UHGV virus genome: UHGV-0204244
From: a virus
DNA length: 22,624 nt
Direction: 5' to 3' (one strand)
Position numbers and translations under genes: made by a program. Shown here piece after piece: positions 7,315 through 16,781 of the stretch. A model generated the notes under the pieces. The model worked only from the letters and a program-made list of their open reading frames with translations. It did not search any database and was not told the origin of the DNA. Position 1 is the first letter of the stretch. Every line of letters begins with the position of its first letter.

Positions 7315-9162
7315 TTATTGCTGTTCTGCTGTAATTTGTCTTGAAAGTATAGGGCGTATCGCATTTGCAGCATTATTTAGCGCTCTTTCATAGGCTGGTG
7401 TTCCTGCTTTGGTGTTTGCCAAACGTAAGAGAGCATTCCTTGCTGCTTTGGACTCATACAAGCGCATCACTGCACCGAAACCAGCCTCAAGCCCCATTGA
7501 TACGCCAAGAGTCGCAGTTGCGCCAATCGTCCTTATCCTGTTGGCTTGCGATTGCCCAGTCTGAGTTACTACATTTGCGGTGTCTGACCTTGCTGTTTGC
7601 TGTAGAACTTCATGAAGAGAATCAAGCTCTTTCATGTGCTTTCCAGAAAAAATAGTGTTGTAAATTTCACCGCCTGACTGAGATTTCAGCTTATTAACTT
7701 CAGTGATGAACTTGGCTGGAGAGTCACCGGCCTTTTCCGCTATTTTGCTGACGTAAGCTGCACGCATAGCATCTTTCCCTTTATCATCCAGTGCGCTCCA
7801 GATTCGTTTCACGTCAGATGGTTTTCTGCTTAATACAACGGTATTTATAAGTTCAGGACTGGCTTCACTGCTTGCCTTGTTGAGTTTGTTAGCAATGTTT
7901 TTATTAAGCACCTTATTATAAACGTTTGCATAATCGGAATTTGCTTTAAGGTATTTTGCTGCGTCTGATGCACCGAGGTTTTTAGCAACTGCGTTACGAA
8001 GGTCTTTTGACATTGCATTCTCTACCATATTGGTAGCTGCTTTTGCCTGGTTGGGGAAGACCATAGCATCTCCCTGAACATTAGATCTAAATGCTGTTCT
8101 GTGCTGACGCAAGAGATCAAACGTAACCTCCAAATCAGTTGCAGGGTTTGCTAATTCTTCACGTAGGTTACGTAAGGATGTAAGCAGGCTTTGATTGGCA
8201 GACGTCCCAAGCCGTTCCTGTCTTGCGATCGCTGTATTCAGAGCATTCATGGTATTTGTGGTATCAACTGCGGCATTACCCATTTTATTGGTGACGTCAT
8301 TGATAACAGCGCCAGCGGCATCCTTCCGCCCCCTTAACGTGGTGGTCAGAGATTTCACCACGTCATCAGGGTTGTACTCACCAAAACGGTCAAAATAATT
8401 ACTTACCAGCTTACTACGCGTTGCATATTGCTCCGCTCGCTTTGAGCCTGTCCCGAGCAAAGCCCCCTCGGCATCCTGAGTAAGGCCGCGAGTGAAAGCA
8501 TTTTTCGGCGGGATAACATCAGATGTCATTGGTGTCACGCCCATCGATTCTGATGTGGCAATTTTCTTCGCCACTTCTGGCGCAATATCACCTTTTATAG
8601 CCGTTATTCCACGCCCTATTCCCTTTGCTGCTGCGGAAAGAACACCCTGAGCGGCAAGGTTAACTCCGGCATTTTTAGCTGCATTTTGTGCGAAATCGCC
8701 TTTCTGATTTGCGGCCTCTGCCAGTGATCCAATAGCCATGCTTCCTGCCGTTCCAACTCCTGGAACTAAATACCCACCAATTGTTTCACCGGCTTGTGCG
8801 TAGGGGTCTGTCGGTCTGTCTACTGGACGATAAACATCATCCAAAACCTTGGGTCCACCAAGCCCCTGACTGATTGCATTAATCAGACTTGCGCCGCCCT
8901 GCAATACGTCAAATGGTATGTTTACCAGACCACGACCAGCCTGTTCTGCAATTTGCCCTGCACTTTGACCACCAGTGAGCCAATCGCCAGCTTGTTGCAT
9001 CAATGATGGTTCTTCCCGTGTTGGTGCATTATTGGCCTGATTAACTGTTTGTTGCTGAACAGCCTGACCAGCAAAATACTCATCAATGGCGGTGCCAATA
9101 TCTTCGGTGCTCGTACCATCAGGAAAGGTAAATGTCTTACCGTTTGCAGTTACTTTCATCAT
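7315..9162 (-). CDS. Ejection (injection) protein, P22 gp16-like
   Basis: 615-aa ORF beginning [23 protein letters not shown], in the gp16 position after gp20. Its start overlaps the gp20 stop (ATGATGA). Confidence 0.85.
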   Translation of the reverse strand: MMKVTANGKTFTFPDGTSTEDIGTAIDEYFAGQAVQQQTVNQANNAPTREEPSLMQQAGDWLTGGQSAGQIAEQAGRGLVNIPFDVLQGGASLINAISQGLGGPKVLDDVYRPVDRPTDPYAQAGETIGGYLVPGVGTAGSMAIGSLAEAANQKGDFAQNAAKNAGVNLAAQGVLSAAAKGIGRGITAIKGDIAPEVAKKIATSESMGVTPMTSDVIPPKNAFTRGLTQDAEGALLGTGSKRAEQYATRSKLVSNYFDRFGEYNPDDVVKSLTTTLRGRKDAAGAVINDVTNKMGNAAVDTTNTMNALNTAIARQERLGTSANQSLLTSLRNLREELANPATDLEVTFDLLRQHRTAFRSNVQGDAMVFPNQAKAATNMVENAMSKDLRNAVAKNLGASDAAKYLKANSDYANVYNKVLNKNIANKLNKASSEASPELINTVVLSRKPSDVKRIWSALDDKGKDAMRAAYVSKIAEKAGDSPAKFITEVNKLKSQSGGEIYNTIFSGKHMKELDSLHEVLQQTARSDTANVVTQTGQSQANRIRTIGATATLGVSMGLEAGFGAVMRLYESKAARNALLRLANTKAGTPAYERALNNAANAIRPILSRQITAEQQ

Positions 9163-10565
9163 TCCACCGTAAATTGAATGCCTGATTTTGAGGTATATGA
9201 TCCAACCTGATTCCGTGGTTCTCCTGAAAGTGTCGAATCTTGCGCTGGCGCTGCGCCAGTATTCATTGACATATACCGCTTAACGGCACTTCCCAATGAT
9301 TCACCTTTTTTAACATCCAACCCCAATATCTGACCGCCATTACGCGATTGTCCAGGGTTGCCATTCGCGCTCATCCACTCAGCTTTAAACTCATTAAACT
9401 GCGCGTTTCGTCGCTCAAGGTTTGCCATTGCATCAAGCCATCTTGCGACCGTCTCAGGGTTATCCATGTCAGTTGGCGCACCCTGTCGAACGATCTCAAC
9501 GTCTTTATCCGTTGCTGGGCCGGGAGGTAGGAATTTAAGAACCTGACTGTTAACAAGGGCATTTTGGCGAATGCGCAAATCACGCAATGTCGTATCGCTT
9601 CCGGTAAGTTTTGCGAACATGTTCTGTGCGTTACCGAACAAACCTGTCGTTGGTTTTTCTGCTCTGAACTGTTGAGCAAGCGCACTCATAGAATTGGCTG
9701 AGTTTGATGATGCTGTGGCATTGTTTACAGCCGTCTCGATGCCTTTTTCCATGTTTACTGACAGCTTAGGTGCTTCGCTAATCAACTGCTGAGCCTTTTC
9801 CTGCGCTTGCTGCATCTTAAACCCGAACTCTTGCTGATCCAGAGCCAAGCGTTGTGCTGCGATATTGTGCCCAGTCATTGCTGACTGATAGGAAAGGTTT
9901 TGCCCTCTCGCCTGAAGTGCTTCACCAGCCTGATTGCTGCGGATTGTCTCTGCCAGCCTGCCTCGGTCAATCTCACGACCAGCCATCTTGTCCTGAACAT
10001 TAAAGTAGTCAATCGGACCGAGAGCAGCCATCCCAAGGTGATCAACAAACTCACCAAATCCTGAAGGATTCTGCTGATACATCTGAGCAACGCTGTTAGG
10101 GTCAACACCGACGCGAGCCAGTTCCTTGGCGTTGTTTTGCAGCCATGATTGCATTGCTTCTGGAGACGATGACGCAAGGCGTGCGCCAGCCGCTAAGGTG
10201 CCGATAGAATTACGCTGGTCTTCATCAATGAATCCCATGCCTTTACGAACGGATTCAATCTGGTCTGGATATTGAGTAGCCAACTGACGCAAAGCACCGC
10301 GATCACCAGACGCATAAGCATTAGCGTATGCCTGCTGAAATTCTTTCTGCCGCTGAGCCTGCTTTTCCTGCTGAAACACCCCCGCAATACCTGAAAGGCC
10401 TTGCAAAGCAGTCAGCCCAACATTGTTAGCGCCTGAACGCTCAATATCATTGTTCTGCCTGATAAGCTGAAGCGTATTGCCGATGTCATTTACGCTCGGA
10501 GCGTTTGAGTTGACGCCGCCGATACCAGCCAACAATCCGCCGTTTGTTCCTTGCCAAGTAGCCAT
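9159..10565 (-). CDS. Ejection protein, P22 gp20-like
   Basis: 468-aa ORF, length and position matching P22 gp20, between gp7 and gp16. Gly/Ala/Gln-rich composition typical of ejection proteins. Confidence 0.8.
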   Translation of the reverse strand: MATWQGTNGGLLAGIGGVNSNAPSVNDIGNTLQLIRQNNDIERSGANNVGLTALQGLSGIAGVFQQEKQAQRQKEFQQAYANAYASGDRGALRQLATQYPDQIESVRKGMGFIDEDQRNSIGTLAAGARLASSSPEAMQSWLQNNAKELARVGVDPNSVAQMYQQNPSGFGEFVDHLGMAALGPIDYFNVQDKMAGREIDRGRLAETIRSNQAGEALQARGQNLSYQSAMTGHNIAAQRLALDQQEFGFKMQQAQEKAQQLISEAPKLSVNMEKGIETAVNNATASSNSANSMSALAQQFRAEKPTTGLFGNAQNMFAKLTGSDTTLRDLRIRQNALVNSQVLKFLPPGPATDKDVEIVRQGAPTDMDNPETVARWLDAMANLERRNAQFNEFKAEWMSANGNPGQSRNGGQILGLDVKKGESLGSAVKRYMSMNTGAAPAQDSTLSGEPRNQVGSYTSKSGIQFTVE

Positions 10566-10574
10566 GATTACCCC

Positions 10575-11267
10575 TTAAAACAACGAGCCAAGCAATCCGA
10601 TACCAGCACCAATGCCAGCGCCCCAAGGCGTTGATGTTCCCAAAAGGCCGGCAAGACCTGCACCGGCAATCGCACCAGACGTGCCACCGCTAATTGCTGT
10701 CTGAAGACTTGATGGTTTGTTGGCATTAGCAGCGGCAAGAGCTGCGCTTTGCTGTGCAATGCTGCTCATGTTGTTGGCGTACGTCTGCCCAGCGTTTGCC
10801 TGACCTTGCAGAGCACCAAGCCCAACGTTTGCCAGATTGTTGTAATTGCTCATCTGGTTTGATAACCAAGACTGACCGAGTGTCGGCGCGATCGTAGCCA
10901 GTTGATTGCTTGTGGCTGTCGAACCAAGTCCACCCGTCGCCTCCGCAGCAGCAAGACTCTGGTAACGAGCCTGACCTGCAAGGTCTTTATACTGCTGAGA
11001 GTTGTAATACTGATTAAGTGCCTGCCCCTGACCTTCTAAACTGGAAAGGTTCTGAAGCCGGTTAACATACTGCTCCGCAAGCGGCGTGAACTGAGCAAGG
11101 TTTTTCATGATCGTCTGCCACTGCTGATTTTGCAGGTCTGCGGCATACTTCTGAGCTTCTGCGGCATACTTTGCGCTTTTATCAGAACTGCCACCTTTCC
11201 CGCCTTTTTCAGGGCAATAAGGTTCCTCGCCGCGCAGTTTTCTGCCCAGCTTAAATGCATATAACAT
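10575..11267 (-). CDS. Ejection protein, P22 gp7-like
   Basis: 230-aa ORF with a Gly/Ala-rich hydrophobic C-terminus (GAGIGAGIGLLGSLF), in the gp7 position. Confidence 0.8.
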   Translation of the reverse strand: MLYAFKLGRKLRGEEPYCPEKGGKGGSSDKSAKYAAEAQKYAADLQNQQWQTIMKNLAQFTPLAEQYVNRLQNLSSLEGQGQALNQYYNSQQYKDLAGQARYQSLAAAEATGGLGSTATSNQLATIAPTLGQSWLSNQMSNYNNLANVGLGALQGQANAGQTYANNMSSIAQQSAALAAANANKPSSLQTAISGGTSGAIAGAGLAGLLGTSTPWGAGIGAGIGLLGSLF

Positions 11268-11269
11268 GG

Positions 11270-11725
11270 CTATCTCCCGTGATTCAGGAAGTCGATTAGT
11301 TCTTCGCGTGTGGCGCTGTAAAACGTCACGTCATCCACGCCTTTGAAGTATTTCTTGATGGTTCCTACACGCTTAAGGCCAATCATTGCGCAGTACATCT
11401 GACCGTGGCGGAATTTGCGTGCAGCGAACGATGTGACGCACTGAACGGTGGTGTTAGTAAGAATGTATCGCCAGAACGCCAGCCCGATTTCCTTGCTGAA
11501 TCCACGAACCTCTGGCAGGTACATGGCGTGGCAATCGAATGTCAGCGGCTGAATCTCCTGATAGTAAACAATGCCGCCGAACTGCCCGTGCACGTTCACC
11601 TCAAAGTAACGGCAATCAGGTTTGTAGTCGTATCCATCACCGTTGTTGCTCCCGGCGATAATGTCAGGGTGATTTCCTACTGCTTCTATCAGGTCGATGT
11701 TTCGCGTTGGTTTGAATGTAATCAT
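11270..11725 (-). CDS. P22 gp14-like virion protein
   Basis: 151-aa ORF directly downstream of the tail needle gene, where P22 has gene 14. Its start overlaps the gp26 stop (TGATG). Assigned by synteny. Confidence 0.65.
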   Translation of the reverse strand: MITFKPTRNIDLIEAVGNHPDIIAGSNNGDGYDYKPDCRYFEVNVHGQFGGIVYYQEIQPLTFDCHAMYLPEVRGFSKEIGLAFWRYILTNTTVQCVTSFAARKFRHGQMYCAMIGLKRVGTIKKYFKGVDDVTFYSATREELIDFLNHGR

Positions 11726-12426
11726 CAGTCAATCAACCCATGAGTCCGTAATGCATCTTCCAGAGCTTTGATACGCTGCCGCGCCTGCTGCAATCCTGTA
11801 GCCATAGCCGACACCTCAGACCGTGTGTATGTGGCACTTACCGTGTATGTCTGGTTAGCGTTGAATGAGCCGCGAAGAGCCGTACCTGTAGCCGCTGTCC
11901 ACCCTGTCTGACGAGCACCAATAACCTTGGTGCCGCCGACCGAATAGGATGTTGTTACATTGAGGGGAGATGCCAGCGATTGTGTTGCAGTGGCTGTTTT
12001 CGATACATAGTCGTCCTGTAATGCAGAAATGTTGCTCTCAGCAGTCGTAACCCGGCCATCAAGAGCGCTGACGTCAGCCTGTAAGGTGACTATTTCTCCT
12101 TCAGCCGTGGTTAGTCTGACATCCAGCGCTGCAATTGCCGCAGTATTCGCAGCAATACGGATTTCATGGTCATCTACTTCAATGCGGAGCTGACGAATTC
12201 TTTCTTCGTGATCGACCAGAATCACATCCTGCTCATCGTTCCTGACTTGTGCGTCATAAGCGCCCTGCCCTGCTTCGTTGGCCTTGTTCGCCACGTTACC
12301 AACATCAGTACCCTGTGCGATAACGTAAAGCAGATACGACTGCGAGAAGATATTGCGTGGAAGGACTGATGTGTCGAGCCGTGTAGCCTGAACAATAACA
12401 GGTGTATTGAGATTCGAATCCGCCAT
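11725..12426 (-). CDS. Tail needle protein (P22 gp26-like)
   Basis: 233-aa ORF. '[43 protein letters not shown]...DEQDV...' and the C-terminal '...[14 protein letters not shown]' closely match remembered P22 gp26. Confidence 0.92.
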   Translation of the reverse strand: MADSNLNTPVIVQATRLDTSVLPRNIFSQSYLLYVIAQGTDVGNVANKANEAGQGAYDAQVRNDEQDVILVDHEERIRQLRIEVDDHEIRIAANTAAIAALDVRLTTAEGEIVTLQADVSALDGRVTTAESNISALQDDYVSKTATATQSLASPLNVTTSYSVGGTKVIGARQTGWTAATGTALRGSFNANQTYTVSATYTRSEVSAMATGLQQARQRIKALEDALRTHGLID

Positions 12427-13844
12427 TACTCAATCCTTATCTGAGCGCCAGACAGAGTGACAGGTGACTTCGTGATAACGCGCAATTTGAAACCAATGTT
12501 TTTCCTGATGCGCCCTACTTTCTTCCACAAAACGCGTTTGTCGTAAACGAACGGTTCATTCTGCTCAATCATCTGCTCACGACCGTAATTTATGCCGTCA
12601 GTGGTTGCAGAGAGAAAAAGGCGGTCAGCGTACTGAGCAACACCCGTCGATGATTCCACCTCCAGATCAAAGCATCTGGCGTTATCTGCTTTGAAGAGTG
12701 GAGTAAACAGCAGGTGTTCCTGCTGCTTGTCGTACTGGCTGCTGATATCGAATTGCAGTTTCCCGGTCACGGATTCCAGCTTATCGCCGCACGTTATCTG
12801 ATTGCCTTCGTAAATGAAGTCGATAGCGCGGTACACATCGTCATACAGGCCTGTTTTCAGTACACACCATTGCGGACCATTGGAGCTTGAAGATGCGTCG
12901 TAAACAAGAACATGGCGCGGAAGGTGGATAATCAGCAACTCATGCGCATCAAATCGCAGAGACTCCATCACGCCATCAGCCAGTTCATCAGCAGTGTAGG
13001 AGCGTAGTATTTTCTCAATGCTCGCGCTGGCGATTGGTGATACCTGACCGGAACCGATGATGTACACAGACGGCGCACCTGTTGCCGGATTGCTGATGAA
13101 CGCATAAGAATCAGCGAATGGCGTTTTGCAGTAAGTCCCGGCAATGCCTTTCTGCACCATAAGAGATGTCTGTGCGACATACAAAGCAGCACCAACGGTG
13201 GTTGCACCCGTCAGGGAGAAATATTCAATCGTTGATGAACCAAAGCAGACGATGAAGTCTCGCCATGTGCCGATACCGATGATGCCGTCCGGCTGCGATT
13301 CTGCGCGATATTGTGCGCTGTAACGGTCAGGATGCGATTCGTCTTCAAGGTCAGTGATAAACCATGAATCAGTGCCGTCTTTTGACCACGCATAACGCCC
13401 ACGCAAGCGCGTAATGTCACGAACCGAACCTAACTCATACTGCGTGAATCCGCTGTCTGTAGGCCAGTTTGAGACTGTTTTAACCGTGCCATCATAGCGA
13501 TACTCGACCAGTTGACCATTAACGCCTACCGCCTGAGATGTTCGACCATGCGCCATTGATACGCGACCACTTCCGGCGACGTCACCGACTTCACTTTCGC
13601 CCTTATACAGCTTGCCGCCACACACACGATAAACAGCATTCTGCGCCATGTTGTACTCGACGCCTCGCGATACGCCGTTCACATCAGAACGTTTGGCAAT
13701 GCCCGGGAATGAGCGAAGATATCCGCTGCTGTTGAGTATTTCTTTGGGTGTAGCCAGCATATTCACTGGCAGATAGTCGATATAGTCGGCGTTTCGAAAG
13801 TCTTTGCCGACGCCTTTCATAAGCGGAAGTTGCTGAATCGGCAT
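12426..13844 (-). CDS. Tail accessory / head-completion protein (P22 gp10-like)
   Basis: 472-aa ORF, matching P22 gp10 in length and in position between gp4 and gp26. Confidence 0.85.
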   Translation of the reverse strand: MPIQQLPLMKGVGKDFRNADYIDYLPVNMLATPKEILNSSGYLRSFPGIAKRSDVNGVSRGVEYNMAQNAVYRVCGGKLYKGESEVGDVAGSGRVSMAHGRTSQAVGVNGQLVEYRYDGTVKTVSNWPTDSGFTQYELGSVRDITRLRGRYAWSKDGTDSWFITDLEDESHPDRYSAQYRAESQPDGIIGIGTWRDFIVCFGSSTIEYFSLTGATTVGAALYVAQTSLMVQKGIAGTYCKTPFADSYAFISNPATGAPSVYIIGSGQVSPIASASIEKILRSYTADELADGVMESLRFDAHELLIIHLPRHVLVYDASSSSNGPQWCVLKTGLYDDVYRAIDFIYEGNQITCGDKLESVTGKLQFDISSQYDKQQEHLLFTPLFKADNARCFDLEVESSTGVAQYADRLFLSATTDGINYGREQMIEQNEPFVYDKRVLWKKVGRIRKNIGFKLRVITKSPVTLSGAQIRIE

Positions 13845-13853
13845 TTATTCACC

Positions 13854-14315
13854 TCACGTACTCGGATCATCTTTCTCGATGTAAAACCGATTCCACGCAA
13901 ACGCGCTTTTGTTACCACTACCGCGAGGCATGTCATTTCGCCGCTCAAGTGGTGGTATTTTGGTTAAAGCGATACAGATTGTCTGATATGCACTGTCAGC
14001 AGCGGTAAGGAGAGCGTCTGACGGCTGAATGACGTTATCCATGCACACTTGCACAGCGAGTTTCAAAGCGACGCCATCATTTGCCCATGCAGGGATACCT
14101 GAATCATCGTCCGGTAACGGCATGATGCCGTTTTCTGTATCAGCAAACTGATACCCAAGCTCGATACCTTTAGCCTGCCATGCTGCCATCATGTCTTCGA
14201 GGTCATTAATGGCATCTTCAATTGCCTGAGGGTCAGCATCTGTCAACGTGGCATTGGAATACAGCCCGGCTTTTCGTAAAGCCTTTAGAACGAGATCACC
14301 CTTCGTTTTCGCCAT
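13854..14315 (-). CDS. Tail accessory / head-completion protein (P22 gp4-like)
   Basis: 153-aa ORF beginning 'MAKTKGDLVLKALRKAGLYSNATLTDADPQAIEDAINDLEDMMAAWQ', resembling the P22 gp4 N-terminus. Sits in the gp4 position downstream of the coat gene. Confidence 0.8.
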   Translation of the reverse strand: MAKTKGDLVLKALRKAGLYSNATLTDADPQAIEDAINDLEDMMAAWQAKGIELGYQFADTENGIMPLPDDDSGIPAWANDGVALKLAVQVCMDNVIQPSDALLTAADSAYQTICIALTKIPPLERRNDMPRGSGNKSAFAWNRFYIEKDDPST

Positions 14316-14484
14316 CTTCTTCCGCCTTAGCCACTTTTTGCTTCGTTGCGGTTTCTTCAGGAGTTTTTACCCAACCTTTTTTCAGGTGAGATTTAACTTC
14401 TTCGTCATCAACAATGATGTAATCGACAGCAAACTGACCACAGGTGATCATGTTGCCAGGCTTATAGAGCATTGTTCGTGCCAT
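14296..14484 (-). CDS. Small hypothetical protein between the coat and gp4 genes
   Basis: ORF-track 75-aa ORF trimmed to the internal ATG at 14482-14484 (MARTMLYKPGNMITCGQFAVDYIIVDDEEVKSHLKKGW...), which has a GGGAGAAG SD-like sequence about 4 nt upstream. Overlaps the gp4 start by 20 nt. No recognisable homology. Confidence 0.45.
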   Translation of the reverse strand: MARTMLYKPGNMITCGQFAVDYIIVDDEEVKSHLKKGWVKTPEETATKQKVAKAEEDGENEG

Positions 14485-14495
14485 TGTCTTCTCCC

Positions 14496-14520
14496 AATAA
14501 AAATGGGGCCGAAGCCCCAC
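14496..14520 (-). terminator. Intrinsic terminator-like hairpin immediately downstream of the coat gene
   Basis: On the minus strand: stem TGGGGC, loop TTCG, stem GCCCCA, then ATTTTTATT. Plus-strand coordinates are stem 14504-14509 and 14514-14519. Lies 6 nt after the coat stop codon. Confidence 0.6.
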
Positions 14521-14525
14521 CAAAA

Positions 14526-15779
14526 TTACTGCCCGGCAATAACGATGCCCGTATATTCAGGAACAAGTACAGAGCAACCGTACAGAGTGGTGAAACGAGC
14601 AGTGGTTACGCCTTTGATGTGGTCGAAGGCGTAAGACATGATCAGCGTAGCGCCCTGCTCGGTGGTTGCTGTCATTACCTGTGGACCCTGACCAGTCGGG
14701 AAAGCCAGTTTTCCGTACATCAGTTCAACAGAACCATCAGCCCAGAACAGGTTAGCCGGTGCTGCATTTTTGTTGAGAATGGTAATTGCTGCACCATTTG
14801 CCGCGTTAGCATCAACGTTTGCATATGGACGGCTGGCAACATCTGCGTTGTCAGGCGGCAGAATTTTCGGGGAGATAGTTACTGTCGTTCCGCTTACTGC
14901 CAGAACGCGGAATACCTGCGGCTGCCCGGTGGTGTCTTTGGTGATCTGGTGTACAGAATTCACGCCAGCAATGGTGAACGCATCGCCAACCTGCAAACCA
15001 GATGCAGATACCGTAATGGTCCCCTGTCGGTTATCCACTGGCATATCGTTGGCATCTTTCGCTTCAACCTTGTGCGCAGGTTCAGCCGCCAGCGTCAGGG
15101 AAGTTGCTGTACCTTTCGGAACACGACCAGAAATATCGGTCTTGTAGCTATCGAAGGACGCAACCGGAGGGATCTGCGCTTTTTCGTATGCTGTCAGGGT
15201 TGCGCCCTGAGCATAGGCACGGTGACCAAGCTCGCCAGCAAGGTCTTTGTAGTTGAAGGGATTCCAGAAAGAGCGGCGGTTGATACCCTGTGGTACACCA
15301 ATCGCCGTCATGGTGGCATCAATACCTGCCGCACAGTTCCACAAATCACGGCCCTGTGAACCAGTGGTTGAGTCAGACATTGTGATCACGTTAGTAGCAC
15401 GCTGCGTGACCATGGAAATCAGGTCAGAGTCAATCTGTGCAGCAAGGCGCATACCTGCGGCGCGACCAGCTTCAGTTTTATGTTCCGGGTCACGCATTTC
15501 ACGCGCATCCAGAGTGTACAGAATGTTTTTCGGCTCCTTGAACACAGAAGGAACAAGGCGCTGAACCAGTGCTGTTGGCGTTTTGCTGCTGAGGTCGAGG
15601 CCTTCCTCAATGTTCATGTGGTAATGCTGCGGACGATACAGAACATCACCTGCTCGCTGCATTGCTGTATCACCGGGACGGAATTTTTTAGCGTTACGGG
15701 AAACTACGCAGGCGGCCTCAAAGCCTTCAACGTAGTTTTCGAACATGATTTCAAGGTCTTTTGCTAATTGGTTAGCCAT
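14526..15779 (-). CDS. Major capsid (coat) protein, P22 gp5-like
   Basis: 417-aa ORF between the scaffold and gp4 genes, with GGAG before the ATG. C-terminal motifs (PYANVDANAA...ITILN...LFWADGS) resemble P22 coat (AYANVNTSLADA...NILN...VFWADDA). Confidence 0.88.
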   Translation of the reverse strand: MANQLAKDLEIMFENYVEGFEAACVVSRNAKKFRPGDTAMQRAGDVLYRPQHYHMNIEEGLDLSSKTPTALVQRLVPSVFKEPKNILYTLDAREMRDPEHKTEAGRAAGMRLAAQIDSDLISMVTQRATNVITMSDSTTGSQGRDLWNCAAGIDATMTAIGVPQGINRRSFWNPFNYKDLAGELGHRAYAQGATLTAYEKAQIPPVASFDSYKTDISGRVPKGTATSLTLAAEPAHKVEAKDANDMPVDNRQGTITVSASGLQVGDAFTIAGVNSVHQITKDTTGQPQVFRVLAVSGTTVTISPKILPPDNADVASRPYANVDANAANGAAITILNKNAAPANLFWADGSVELMYGKLAFPTGQGPQVMTATTEQGATLIMSYAFDHIKGVTTARFTTLYGCSVLVPEYTGIVIAGQ

Positions 15780-15797
15780 GCTTAATGCTCCGATAGG

Positions 15798-16691
15798 TTA
15801 TTTTTTTGCCTTTTTAGCGGCGAAATACGGCGTCCAGTCACCAGTTTCCAGCGCCTTGGCTTTCAGTTTGTCGAGGTTGTTGATTACTGCGCCGTTGCTC
15901 CCCTTAACTGTCGGGGTTGTGGCTGCCGTGGTTTTTGCTTTTGGCATGATTCTGGCCTTCGATTCGATACGTTCCAGCAGACGACCAATTGCTACGGGGT
16001 TGGTAGCTTCTGCCAGTTGCTTGCGCAGTTCAGCGTTGCGACCGAGTGCCAGAACAACGATTTCCGGCTTCTCTGACTCAAACAAGATCGCGTTTTGTGT
16101 CTCGATGGGGATTTCCTCGAGTACGGCCTGCTCAGCTTCCTGATAGCCAGGAACTTTGAGAGCCTTAACACGTTGCTGATATTTGGATAATCGCTCTTGA
16201 TAGGCAGCCTGAAGCTCCTGCTCCTTCTGCTTGCGAGCCATCTCCTGTTGCTGGTACTTGCCGTTATCCTCTGCCCACTTAGCCATGCGTTGCTGGTAGA
16301 TTTCTTCATCGAAACCGATGTCCTCATCATCCAGTTTTGGCATTCGCGGTGGTTGAGTAATTACCGGCTGCTGCTCGACGGGTTTCTGAGACTGACGCAT
16401 CAGCTCTTTCAGCTCACGGTCTTTCTCTTTAATCGTCTTGCGCAGGTGTTTTACCAGTCCATGCTCTGCGCCATCTTCGCTGGTTGGCGAATCCAGCTTT
16501 TCGTCACCAAAGTAGAATTCCTGTTCCGATTCGTCGTCATCAGTTTCAGTAGCTTCCTCTGCATCATTGCCGGAGGACTCACTGCCATCTTCTGTTTCGA
16601 CTTCTTCAGCCAGTTCGACATCATCAGGAATATGCTCTGACGCGTCGGTTTCGATTTCAACTTCTGGTGTGTTTTCTGCCATCTGGTCCAT
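15798..16691 (-). CDS. Scaffolding protein (P22 gp8-like)
   Basis: 297-aa, very acidic N-terminus (DDVELAEEVETEDGSESSGNDAEEATETDDDESE), charged helical remainder and a basic C-terminus. Located between the portal and coat genes. Confidence 0.85.
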   Translation of the reverse strand: MDQMAENTPEVEIETDASEHIPDDVELAEEVETEDGSESSGNDAEEATETDDDESEQEFYFGDEKLDSPTSEDGAEHGLVKHLRKTIKEKDRELKELMRQSQKPVEQQPVITQPPRMPKLDDEDIGFDEEIYQQRMAKWAEDNGKYQQQEMARKQKEQELQAAYQERLSKYQQRVKALKVPGYQEAEQAVLEEIPIETQNAILFESEKPEIVVLALGRNAELRKQLAEATNPVAIGRLLERIESKARIMPKAKTTAATTPTVKGSNGAVINNLDKLKAKALETGDWTPYFAAKKAKK

Positions 16692-16781
16692 TTGTTACCC
16701 CTGTTTACTCGATGTTCAGCCCATCGGAAGGCAATAGGGTGCCAGGCCTCATAAAGACAGCCATTGCACGTTATGGGTTAA

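Noticed and set aside
9348-10387. Several 60-104-aa ORFs on both strands inside the gp20 gene
   Set aside because: Embedded in or antisense to the gp20 ejection protein CDS, with no RBS or motifs.
14472-15359. 295-aa plus-strand ORF antisense to the coat gene; similar long antisense ORFs at 14770-15147, 15745-16143, 16197-16640, 16812-17336 and 19669-20313
   Set aside because: All lie antisense to strongly supported structural genes, are Cys/Arg-rich and low-complexity, and lack RBSs. Typical spurious antisense frames in GC-biased coding DNA.
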